Shown here one piece after another: positions 1-8,119 of a DNA stretch of 64,000 bases. Numbering within the stretch: position 1 is the stretch's first letter; the number at the start of each line of letters is the position of its first letter. Origin of the DNA: Candidatus Binatus sp. (GTDB lineage Bacteria > Desulfobacterota > Binatia > Binatales > Binataceae); contig JBEKLS010000001.1 in NCBI GenBank assembly GCA_050010075.1, positions 6,563 to 70,562 of the forward strand, given 5' to 3'. The notes below the pieces were generated by a model. It was given only the letters and a program-made list of their open reading frames with translations, searched no databases and had not been told where the DNA came from. The position numbers and the translations under genes were made by a program.

Positions 1-514
1 CGGCAGCTGATGTTCCATGTAGGCGTCCGAGATGTCGGCGGGCGTGCTGGACTTCACGTTGGGCTCGAAGTGATCGTCGAACTGCGCGTAGTTCTGGATC
101 GCGACGTCGAAGGGCGCGAACGCATGTGCCTGGGGCGGGTTGCCGCCATGCAGCATTACGAACGCGAAGACCGCGACCGCGGCCATCGCAGCCGGCACCC
201 ATACCCGCGCGCGGCGAGCCGAGAACCAGCCGGCGCGATCCGCATGGGCGGCGCGATCGCGCGTGCGGGGCGCGGCGCCCGCAGCGTCGACGGCATCGAG
301 GGCTGCCAGGATCGAGCCGCGCACTTGCGGCGGGATGCGGCGCAGCTCGGCGCGCTCACGCAGCAGCGTCTTGACCGCGCGCTCCTCGGCGAAGCGCGCG
401 CGGCAGTTGACGCATCCCGCGAGATGCTCCTCGGCGTCGCGCAACTCCGCCGCGCTCAACTCGCCGTCAACCTGCGCTGACAGGTACTGCTCTATGTAAG
501 TGTTGTGATCCACT
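1..514 (-). CDS. Zinc-binding anti-sigma factor (ZAS-like, H-x3-C-x2-C), single transmembrane helix; C-terminus runs off the window
   Basis: I translated the minus strand by hand from the GTG at 514-512: VDHNTYIEQYLSAQVDGELSAAELRDAEEHLAGCVNCRARFAEERAVKTLLRERAELRRIPPQVRGSILAALDAV...VWVPAAMAAVAVFAFVML.... It contains an HLAGCVNC zinc motif followed by a hydrophobic transmembrane segment. It lies directly downstream (80 bp) of the ECF sigma gene on the same strand. It is absent from the ORF table because of the non-ATG start and truncation at the window edge; the plus-strand ORF 10..480 is its antisense shadow. Confidence 0.6.
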
Positions 515-593
515 AGTTATCGCTGTTATGCCCGGCTCACTTCTCTCTCGCATGACGCCAATCCGTCGATTAGGGCCGCATGCTTCTCCGGCG

Positions 594-1172
594 TCAAGTG
601 CGTATTATTCCGCGCTCCCTGGCAAAGCCGGCTAACGCATCACGCAGCATCGCACGCCCACGTGATACCCGTGATTTTACCGTACCGATCGGTACGTTCA
701 GAACCCCCGAAACCTCCTGGTAACTCAGTTCCTCGACGTCCACCAGGAGGAGCGCTTCACGAAATTCCTCCGACAATGCCGCCAGCGCGGTCTCTACCTC
801 ACCCTCCATCCCTCGTCCCGACAGCAGCGCTTCGGGATTCGATCCGGCCGGATCGACGCGCAGGCTTTCGCCCTCGACCTTGCGATCGAACTCCTCGGCC
901 GATGAGGCCGGCTGTTCGCGCGAGGCCTTGCGATAGCCGTTGCGAAAATTGTTGAACAGGATGGTGAGCATCCACGCGCGGCAGTTGGTGCCGCTCTCGA
1001 ACTGATGAAAGAAGCGGTACGCTCTGAGCACCGTCTCCTGCAGCAGGTCGTTGGCGTCGTCGGGATTGCGGGCGAGGCGAATCGCCATCGTGTAGAGAGC
1101 GTCGAGATGAGGCAAAGCCTCGTCTTCGAAGCGCTTGCGCCGGTCCGCGCCGGTGCCGCCTTTGTCCGCCAT
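594..1172 (-). CDS. ECF (sigma-70 group 4) RNA polymerase sigma factor
   Basis: 192 aa. The region 2 and region 4 signatures are present (LLQETVLRAYRFF, NCRAWMLTILFNNFRNGYRK, C-terminal HTH VPIGTVKSRVSRGRAMLR). The anti-sigma gene is immediately downstream. Confidence 0.85.
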   Translation of the reverse strand: MADKGGTGADRRKRFEDEALPHLDALYTMAIRLARNPDDANDLLQETVLRAYRFFHQFESGTNCRAWMLTILFNNFRNGYRKASREQPASSAEEFDRKVEGESLRVDPAGSNPEALLSGRGMEGEVETALAALSEEFREALLLVDVEELSYQEVSGVLNVPIGTVKSRVSRGRAMLRDALAGFARERGIIRT

Positions 1173-1325
1173 ATGCTGATTTCAGAAACATAGCATCCCT
1201 TATCATTGAAATCTTCCATAAGCCCGAAATGTTCCCACTAGCGCTCATTAGATCGGGACGTTTACACTGTAATTTGTTATCTGCGCCCGCTCAGGCGGCG
1301 CTACATTAGCTGAGGAGATACAACT

Positions 1326-1604
1326 ATGAGCAAAACAAAACTCAGTGGCGCACTGCTCGCGACAGCGGTAGCACTGATGTTCGCGGGCAACGCCGTGTAC
1401 GCGGCTGACAGTTCCGATGCGGCGGCGTCGCAGGTGAAGTGCGTCGGCGGCAACGCGTGCAAGGGGCAGAGCGCGTGCCAGAGCGCGGACAGCAGCTGCA
1501 AGGGCCAGAATGCGTGCAAGGGCAAGGGCTACGTGATGACGCCGTCGGCCAAGGAATGTGTGGCGGCTGGCGGGAAGCCTGCTAGCGCCCCGAAGCCCGA
1601 CTAG
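1326..1604 (+). CDS. bufA: DUF2282-type bufferin-like RiPP precursor peptide (signal peptide plus six Cys)
   Basis: 92 aa. The N-terminal signal peptide is MSKTKLSGALLATAVALMFAGNAVYA. The core has six Cys in repeating C-x-G-x-N-A-C-K-G-Q motifs (KCVGGNACKGQSACQSADSSCKGQNACKGKGY). There is a GGAG ribosome-binding site 8 nt upstream, and the gene sits immediately upstream of a DUF692 enzyme. Confidence 0.65.
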   Translation: MSKTKLSGALLATAVALMFAGNAVYAADSSDAAASQVKCVGGNACKGQSACQSADSSCKGQNACKGKGYVMTPSAKECVAAGGKPASAPKPD

Positions 1605-1616
1605 GCGATCGCTCTG

Positions 1617-2492
1617 ATGAAGCGTTCCGACTTCCCGATGCTCGGTTACGGCGTCGGGCTTAGACGCCAGCACTACAGCCACGTCCTCGAAGCGCGGCCG
1701 AAGGTCGATTGGTTCGAGGTCATCTCGGAAAATTTCATGGTCGCCGGCGGACGCGCGCTCGAGGTGCTCGAAGGCGTGCGCGCCGACTATCCAATCGCGA
1801 TGCATGGCGTGTCGATGTCGATTGGATCGACCGACCCGCTGAATCGCGAATACCTGCGGCAACTGCGCGACCTCGCGCGGCGCTTCGATCCGGCCTGGAT
1901 TTCGGATCACCTGTGCTGGACCGGTGTAGGCGGACGCAATCTGCATGACCTGCTGCCGCTTCCATATACCGACGAGGCAATTCGGCACGTCGTCGCGCGC
2001 ATCCGCAATGTGCAGGACGTACTCGAGCGCCCGCTACTCATCGAGAACGTGTCGAGCTACATGGCGTTCGCGGATTCGACGATGAGCGAGTGGGAATTTA
2101 TTTCGGCGATCGCGGACGAAGCCGACTGCGGCATCCTGCTCGACATCAACAACATCTACGTGAGCGCGTTCAACCACCACTTCGACGCCAATTCGTACAT
2201 CGACGCGGTGCCGGCCGAGCGCGTCGTGCAGTACCATCTAGCCGGTCACAGCGATCACGGCACGTATCTGCTCGATACGCACGACCATCCGGTGCGCGAC
2301 GAAGTGTGGGCGCTCTACGGGCGGGCGGCGCGGCGCTTCGGTGCGGTCTCGGCGCTGGTCGAATGGGACGACAACATCCCGGAGTTCGCGGAGTTGGCGC
2401 AGACCGCCGATCGCGCGCGTGCGATTTTCGAATCACATGGAAGAACTCAAAAATCTTCAAAGCCTGCTCTATCGGCTGATCACCGCGCCTAG
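1617..2492 (+). CDS. bufB: DUF692 / MNIO family enzyme (MbnB-like TIM-barrel iron enzyme) that modifies the precursor
   Basis: 291 aa. The N-terminal LGYGVGLRRQHY...VDWFEVISENF and the HxD/ExH-rich core are typical of DUF692/MbnB proteins. It lies 12 bp after the precursor gene. Confidence 0.8.
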   Translation: MKRSDFPMLGYGVGLRRQHYSHVLEARPKVDWFEVISENFMVAGGRALEVLEGVRADYPIAMHGVSMSIGSTDPLNREYLRQLRDLARRFDPAWISDHLCWTGVGGRNLHDLLPLPYTDEAIRHVVARIRNVQDVLERPLLIENVSSYMAFADSTMSEWEFISAIADEADCGILLDINNIYVSAFNHHFDANSYIDAVPAERVVQYHLAGHSDHGTYLLDTHDHPVRDEVWALYGRAARRFGAVSALVEWDDNIPEFAELAQTADRARAIFESHGRTQKSSKPALSADHRA

Positions 2493-3243
2493 CGGCGTCG
2501 GCGAGGGACTCGTGGCAGAGCGCGAACTGAGCGCGCGCGGCCTCGACGCGATCGTGCTCGGCGACGAGCGCCTGTCGGCCGCCGCTCGCGTCGATATCTA
2601 CGCGAACATGTATTTCTACCGGCTGCTCGACGTGCTGAAAGAAGATTTCCCCGCGACGCTCGCGGTGCTCGGCGCCGACAATTTTCACAACCTCGTCACC
2701 GGTTACATCCTCGAACATCCGCCGACCGAACCGTCGCTCTACTACTGCGGCCGCTATCTCGCGGACTATTTACGCGACCATCCGCTCAGCGAGAACGCGC
2801 CGTTTATCATGGACCTTGCGCGGCTCGAACGCGCCAGCGTCGAGGTTTTTCATGCCGCCGACGCCGCCGTGCTCGAACCTGACGCGCTGCGCGCGGTTGC
2901 GCCTGCCGATTGGCCCGCGATGAAGCTCACGGTTCATCCGTCGGCACAGATACTCGCGCTGGATTGGCGAGTCTCGGAGCTGCTGCGCGCGGTCGAAGAG
3001 GATCGTCCGTGGCAGCCCGCGGCTCGGGGCGCAGTCAAAGTCCTCGTGTGGCGCTGCAATGCGCGCGTCTTCCACCGCGAGCTCGAACGCGCCGAAGCCG
3101 ACGCGCTCGAGGTCGCTTTGCGCGGCGCGGCGTTCGCTGAAATCTGCGACGTCGTCGCGGCTAGCGCCGGCGGTCACGATGCTGTCGCTGCCATGAACCG
3201 AATCCTCGCTCGATGGCTCGCCGACCGGCTGCTCACACGCTGA
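2437..3243 (+). CDS. bufC: DUF2063-family partner protein of the MNIO enzyme
   Basis: The in-frame ATG at 2437 (MEELKNLQSLLYRLITAPSG...) lies inside the longer table ORF 2341..3243 and overlaps the end of the DUF692 gene by 56 bp. The size (about 268 aa) and its position right after DUF692 match the conserved DUF692-DUF2063 gene pair. Confidence 0.55.
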   Translation: MEELKNLQSLLYRLITAPSGVGEGLVAERELSARGLDAIVLGDERLSAAARVDIYANMYFYRLLDVLKEDFPATLAVLGADNFHNLVTGYILEHPPTEPSLYYCGRYLADYLRDHPLSENAPFIMDLARLERASVEVFHAADAAVLEPDALRAVAPADWPAMKLTVHPSAQILALDWRVSELLRAVEEDRPWQPAARGAVKVLVWRCNARVFHRELERAEADALEVALRGAAFAEICDVVAASAGGHDAVAAMNRILARWLADRLLTR

Positions 3244-3301
3244 TGTTTTTTGGCCGTCCTGCGGCTATAAGAATTATTGGATGCGCGATGCAGTCTGAGT
3301 C

Positions 3302-4429
3302 ATGGCGGCAAATCCAAAACTAACCGGCGACACTGTCAGCATCGAACGGCCCACCAGCCGCCAACAATTGGAGGAGTTCGCGCGCCTGCCGTTTCAGGTT
3401 TACGGCGCGCGCGACGCGTGGTGGCCGCCCGACGTGCAGAACGAGATCGATTTGCTGTCGCGCCGCAGCCTGCTCTCCGGCTACCTCGAAGTCACTCCCT
3501 TCTGCGCGCGCCGCGCCGGGCGCGTGGTCGCGCGCGTCACCGCGGTTATCAATCGCCGCTATATCGAACATTGGAACGAGCAGCTTGGACAGTTGATTCA
3601 GTTCGAGGCGCTCGAAGGCGAGGACGCCGCCGTCGCCGCGATGCTCGAAGAGGCGGTGCAGTCGATTCGCGAGCGCGGGATGCACGCGGTTCGCAGCGGC
3701 TTCGCGGCGTTCCTCGACTATCCCTACGCGATCGACAACTACGATTCATTGCCGTCGTTCCTGCTGCGCGGCAATCCCGCGTCGTACCATCGCTACTTCA
3801 AGGACGCCGGCTTCGTCACCGAGAAGGGACAGGTCGATTACACCGCGCCGCTCACGCCCGAGATCCTCGCGCGCTATCGACGAATGGCCGAGGCGGCCAG
3901 CGTTGCCGGCATCACGATTCAAAGCTGGCGCGAGTACGGCTACCTGGCGGCGATTGACGCGTGGACCGACGTGACCAACGCGGCGTTCGATCGCCATTGG
4001 GGATGGAATCCGGTGACGCGCGCCGAAGTGCGCCCGATGCTCACCTCGCTGTGGGAAACGCCGGTCGCCGACCTCTCGATGCTGGCGATCATCGACGGTG
4101 AAAGCGTTGGCGCCGTCTTCTCTGTGCCCGATCTCAGCACGGCGCTTGCTCGCGTGCGCAAAGGAATCCGGCTTGATCCCGAGCGCGGCGGCGGTACGCG
4201 CGGTGCGCTGATAAATATCGGCGTCGTCGAGCGCGCGCGTGGTCGCGGAGTCGCGCTGGCGATGGCGGCGCGATCGTTCATGGCGATGTCGCGGCGCCGG
4301 ATGCGCTTTGCCGGCTACACTCTCGTGCTCGACGACAACTGGGCGTCGCGTCGCACCGCGCTCAGCCTCGGCGCGCGCGTCACCGGCAACTTCATCACCT
4401 ACCGCCGCGATCTCGCCGGACGGGAGTAA
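3302..4429 (+). CDS. GNAT-fold acyltransferase-like protein (375 aa), function unknown
   Basis: The C-terminal half has a GNAT motif-A-like segment (GALINIGVVERARGRGVALAMAARSF). It is clearly coding, with no strong shadow competitor. It sits directly after the MNIO operon. Confidence 0.5.
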   Translation: MAANPKLTGDTVSIERPTSRQQLEEFARLPFQVYGARDAWWPPDVQNEIDLLSRRSLLSGYLEVTPFCARRAGRVVARVTAVINRRYIEHWNEQLGQLIQFEALEGEDAAVAAMLEEAVQSIRERGMHAVRSGFAAFLDYPYAIDNYDSLPSFLLRGNPASYHRYFKDAGFVTEKGQVDYTAPLTPEILARYRRMAEAASVAGITIQSWREYGYLAAIDAWTDVTNAAFDRHWGWNPVTRAEVRPMLTSLWETPVADLSMLAIIDGESVGAVFSVPDLSTALARVRKGIRLDPERGGGTRGALINIGVVERARGRGVALAMAARSFMAMSRRRMRFAGYTLVLDDNWASRRTALSLGARVTGNFITYRRDLAGRE

Positions 4430-4482
4430 GCTGATGCCCGCCAATGCTACCGGCATACTGAGTTAAAGTGATACATTAAGAT

Positions 4483-5781
4483 ATGGAAAAACCGAGCGGA
4501 CGCCTCGTCCCGCCCCTGTTGTCCGTCATCGCAGTCTTTTTCGCGCTGATATTTTCTTTCACTCCTGCTCGCGCCCAGGTCAAAGCGGGCGACGTGATCA
4601 CCGCAAAGAACGCCGAGCAGGTTCGCGCGCTCGTGAGCCCGGGCACTTTCATCGCGGTCTCGCGCGGCATGCAGATAAACATCGTCGCACCCAGCCGCGT
4701 CGATTGGCCGCCGCCCTTCCAGGATGCGACCGAGAAGTACTCCGGCCAGGTGCGCCTCGGCCCCGACCATCGCGACCTGCTCGGATACGTCGCCGGCCAG
4801 CCGTTCCCAATTCTCGATCCCAACGATCCCGACGTCGCGACCAAGATCATGTGGAACCAGTACTTCAAGCCGATCGCGAGCGACGATTTCGATTTGCGCT
4901 TTTTCGAATGCCAGGTGGCGAAGCAAAATCCCGGCGCCGATCAGTCGCTTATGCAGCTGACCGAGATCGGGCATCTCGCCGGCTATTCCGACATCGGGCG
5001 CACCGAGGTCGAGCCGATGCCCGCCGATCCCGATTTCCAGACCACCGCTATCTGGCAGCGCTCCGCCGCGTATCCCACGCTCGCGCCGTCGGAAGATCGC
5101 GGCAGCGGCGCGATTCGCTATCGCTACTGGGATGCGAACCACGGCGATGATGCGTGGGCGTTCCTGGCCGGTGAGCGGCGCGTGCGGCGGGTCAGCGAAG
5201 TGATAATGAGTTCGTCGCCGGGCCTTTCGACCTGGGACGCCGATCACGCCGGCGGATTTGGCGCCAAGCCGCAGGAATACAATTTCAAATATCTCGGCGA
5301 CAAGAACATGCTCGGCTGCGCGCACGCGCGCAACGCGCCCGCGGAACCATGCAAGACTGACGGCGGCGCGACCTCATGCGGCGACGATTGGGAAATGCGT
5401 CATCTGTACGTCGTCGAAGTTACGCCGCGCCCCGAAAGAATCGCGGGCGTGCTGCAGTCGAAGACCATCGTGTACGTTGACAGCGAGGGATGGTTCAATC
5501 CGTACGTCGACAGCTACGACCAGAAGGGCGAGCTGTGGAAGGCGCAGATCTACCTCAACACTTACCGCGATCGCCCGGTGCCTGACGCGAGGGTCGCCGT
5601 CTATCCATTCAAGCGCGAGTTCATCACCGCCGCCTCGAGCATCGACGTCCAGTCCGGCGTCTCGACGACCTGCTATCTACCTGGCGCCGACACACCAGAG
5701 CGAGAATGCTGGTACATAAACATGGGCGCAGTGGACAGAAGCTTCTTCACGACCGAGGCGCTGACGAAGGCCGGGCATTAG
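4483..5781 (+). CDS. Secreted DUF1329-like protein (LolA-like outer-membrane lipoprotein-carrier fold family)
   Basis: 432 aa. The N-terminal signal peptide is LLSVIAVFFALIFSFTPARAQ. The size and the W/Y-rich composition fit the DUF1329 family; this is weak recall-based similarity. Confidence 0.4.
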   Translation: MEKPSGRLVPPLLSVIAVFFALIFSFTPARAQVKAGDVITAKNAEQVRALVSPGTFIAVSRGMQINIVAPSRVDWPPPFQDATEKYSGQVRLGPDHRDLLGYVAGQPFPILDPNDPDVATKIMWNQYFKPIASDDFDLRFFECQVAKQNPGADQSLMQLTEIGHLAGYSDIGRTEVEPMPADPDFQTTAIWQRSAAYPTLAPSEDRGSGAIRYRYWDANHGDDAWAFLAGERRVRRVSEVIMSSSPGLSTWDADHAGGFGAKPQEYNFKYLGDKNMLGCAHARNAPAEPCKTDGGATSCGDDWEMRHLYVVEVTPRPERIAGVLQSKTIVYVDSEGWFNPYVDSYDQKGELWKAQIYLNTYRDRPVPDARVAVYPFKREFITAASSIDVQSGVSTTCYLPGADTPERECWYINMGAVDRSFFTTEALTKAGH

Positions 5782-5785
5782 CGAA

Positions 5786-6050
5786 GACCTAACCTCCCCT
5801 TGTCCGAGGGGAGGTCGGCGCCAACCGAAGGTGGCGACGGGAGAGGTGCAACGCATGCCATCGCATTTGCGCGCGCATGTCTGTTGTACCGAGTCGAAAA
5901 GTGGTGCCGTCGTCGGGCGGCGGCCCGAGTGTCTATCAATTGCGAACAAGCGAGTAGGCGCTGATGCGCTGTCGGGCGTTGCACCTCACCCGGCGACACC
6001 GCTTTTCAAGCGGCTTGCGCCGACCTCTCCTCGGACAAGGCGAGGTTAGA
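5786..6050. repeat. Long imperfect palindromic (MITE-like) intergenic element, about 265 bp
   Basis: The terminal inverted repeats are cctaacctccccttgtccgaggggaggtcggcgcc (5788-5822) and gcgccgacctctcctcggacaaggcgaggttag (6017-6049). There is internal complementarity (ggtgcaacgc / gcgttgcacc). The element lies between convergent genes. Confidence 0.5.
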
Positions 6051-6078
6051 ACACGGGCTTCCTTCGCTCTCTCAGTTC

Positions 6079-7392
6079 CTACTTAATCGCGAGCGCGTTC
6101 GGCGGCGAGCCCACTCCTCCCGGAATATTCAGCGGCGCGGACGTCAGAAAGAAATCGTAATTCCCATCCGCCGCGCAATCGTCCGCCAGCCCTTCGAGAT
6201 TCCACATCTCGCCTATCGGCATTCCGAAGAACGCGAGCATGTGGAAGTGCAGAAACTCGTTCTCGTTGCCCGGCCCCTTGGGCAACGCCTCGAGCGCCGG
6301 TGAATCCGACGCGACTGCCGCGAGGTGATTGTCCCATAGCCATCTCGCCGTGCGATCGCTGCCTTCGATTCCCGGCGTCACCGTCTCCTTCGCCAACTCC
6401 GCCTTAATCTCATCGCTCGCCGACAGGTAGAACTTCGTCCATCCGATGCGAATCAGCAGAATGTCGCCCGCTTGCAGCGTGACCGCTTCCTCTTCCAGCG
6501 CCGCCTGCACGTCTTCAAGCGGAATCGACTCGGCCTTGGTAAAGGTGATCGACTTGCCGATGCGATCGTAGTACCGCGCCACGTCAGCCAGCACTCCACG
6601 CCCCGCGATTCCGCGCCGCGCTAGGTTGTCGATGCCAAGCCGCATGCCGCCGCGACCGGTGATCTCCTTGTCGGGAATCCCGTTGTAGGCTCCGTGCACG
6701 GGATGCTTCACGTGCGCGAGCGCGTCCCATTGCGAAGACGCCTGCGGATAGAAGTTGTCGAGGTAGTCGTCGAGCACGAATTCCAGGTTCGGGAAAATCT
6801 TGACGGTGTGCGAATGCTTGCCGCGCGTGAACAGCGGCGGGTCGGGAATGTTGATCGGCAGATTCAGCGCGAAAACTTTGCCCGATCGAATCGACGACGC
6901 CGCATCGACCACGCGCGCCGGCGTCAGCAGGTTGATGGTGCCGACTTCGTCGTCGTCGCCGAACACGCCCCACGCCGCGCCCGCCGGCGCGCCTGCCCGC
7001 ACCGGCAGTTCGTCGTAGCTGGGAATCTCCGGCGAAAGCGCAACAGCGTCTTTCATTGCGCGCGTCGCTTTGGCCGCGACCTCGCCGACTTTGCGCACCG
7101 CGGCGCGCTGCATCCTGCCGGCCGCGCTCTCGATATCGACCGCCGCACGCGTCGCCGCGGTTACGATATCGGCAACGGTATCCGCTATCGGCTTGGAGGA
7201 TTTTTTCGGCGCAGGCCGCATCGCGGTCTTGGCCGCAAGTGGGCGCTTTACGGCTTTCGCCGCCGGCTTTTTGGCCTTGACCGCTTTGGGAGCGGCTTTG
7301 CGGGTCTTGGGCGCCGCTTTGATTACTTTCTTTTTGGACTTTGCCACTGACGGATCCTCCTGGATTGCTCGAGCGCGACCGCATCTTCTCAT
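6079..7392 (-). CDS. Cyclase-family (kynurenine formamidase-like) protein fused to a lysine/alanine/proline-rich histone-H1-like N-terminal tail
   Basis: 437 aa. The N-terminal roughly 110 aa are KAAPK/AKK repeats (KKKVIKAAPKTRKAAPKAVKAKKPAAKAVKRPLAAK). The C-terminal roughly 300 aa have putative-cyclase-family motifs (HVKHPVHGAYNGIPD, GIDNLARRGIAGRGVLADV, LLIRIGW). Confidence 0.7.
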   Translation of the reverse strand: MRRCGRARAIQEDPSVAKSKKKVIKAAPKTRKAAPKAVKAKKPAAKAVKRPLAAKTAMRPAPKKSSKPIADTVADIVTAATRAAVDIESAAGRMQRAAVRKVGEVAAKATRAMKDAVALSPEIPSYDELPVRAGAPAGAAWGVFGDDDEVGTINLLTPARVVDAASSIRSGKVFALNLPINIPDPPLFTRGKHSHTVKIFPNLEFVLDDYLDNFYPQASSQWDALAHVKHPVHGAYNGIPDKEITGRGGMRLGIDNLARRGIAGRGVLADVARYYDRIGKSITFTKAESIPLEDVQAALEEEAVTLQAGDILLIRIGWTKFYLSASDEIKAELAKETVTPGIEGSDRTARWLWDNHLAAVASDSPALEALPKGPGNENEFLHFHMLAFFGMPIGEMWNLEGLADDCAADGNYDFFLTSAPLNIPGGVGSPPNALAIK

Positions 7393-7627
7393 AACAGACC
7401 GCCCGCCAATGGCAAGAGCGCGTCAACTCCGCAGTGGCGCGGGCCGCCGTGCCCGCGGGCTGATCGGATACGCGCCTCCCTGACTTTGATCGCGACTTCG
7501 GTCCCTCTAAATGGCGCGGTGAAATAACTTCGGTTTAGCCTTGAGGCCGTATATCCACGATGGTACTGTACGGGATTGCTCCTTGCTCCAACCTGGGGCT
7601 GAAATCCGTAAGGAGGACGTGCAGCGC

Positions 7628-8119
7628 ATGCGGCGCTACGAAACTATTTTTATTCTCCGCCCTGATTCGGGCGACCCCCAAATCAAGGAAGCCATCAAAC
7701 GCTACGAGGGGATCATCGCCGCCGGCGCCGGCGAGATGATCGAAACCGAGGAGTGGGGATCGCGCGAGCTCGCCTACAAGATAAAGGGCGAGCGCCGCGG
7801 CTTCTACGTCCGTCTCGACTACGTTTCGCCCGGCCCCGTGATGAACGAGGTCGAGCGCAATTTGCGCATCTCCGACACCGTCCTGCGCTACCTCTCGGTG
7901 CTGGTCGACGACAACGCCGACGTGGCCAAGGCGCGCGAGGAACTCGAGGCGCGCAACCGCCGCATCGCCGAGGCCAAGGCCGCGCAGGAAGCGCGCGCCG
8001 CCGCGCTGATGGCCTCGCGCGAGGAGCGGGCCGAGGAAGCGCCCGACGCTCCCGAAGAAATAATGGAAGCGGCGGCCGAGGAAATCGCCGGTCCCGAAGG
8101 TGACAGGGAACCGGATTGA
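7628..8119 (+). CDS. rpsF: 30S ribosomal protein S6
   Basis: MRRYETIFILRPD... is the canonical S6 N-terminus. There is an AGGAGG ribosome-binding site about 10 nt upstream of the ATG at 7628, and an acidic C-terminal tail. Confidence 0.9.
   Translation: MRRYETIFILRPDSGDPQIKEAIKRYEGIIAAGAGEMIETEEWGSRELAYKIKGERRGFYVRLDYVSPGPVMNEVERNLRISDTVLRYLSVLVDDNADVAKAREELEARNRRIAEAKAAQEARAAALMASREERAEEAPDAPEEIMEAAAEEIAGPEGDREPD

Noticed and set aside
10-480. Plus-strand ORF of 156 aa (MFHVGVRDVGG...)
   Set aside because: It is the antisense shadow of the minus-strand anti-sigma factor gene. That gene has clear motifs and the expected operon position; the plus frame has no motifs and Arg/Gly-rich GC-bias composition.
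1173-1325. Possible ECF-type promoter (GGAAC-N16-CGTC-like) between the divergent sigma and precursor genes
   Set aside because: I could only find weak matches (GGGAAC...; GGGACGTTTAC...). They are not convincing enough to annotate as a regulatory site without an experimentally defined consensus for this sigma factor.
2341-2436. The 5' extension of the DUF2063 ORF upstream of the ATG at 2437
   Set aside because: It would require a 150-bp out-of-frame overlap with the DUF692 gene. The ATG at 2437 gives a normal-length protein, although a slightly different start cannot be excluded.
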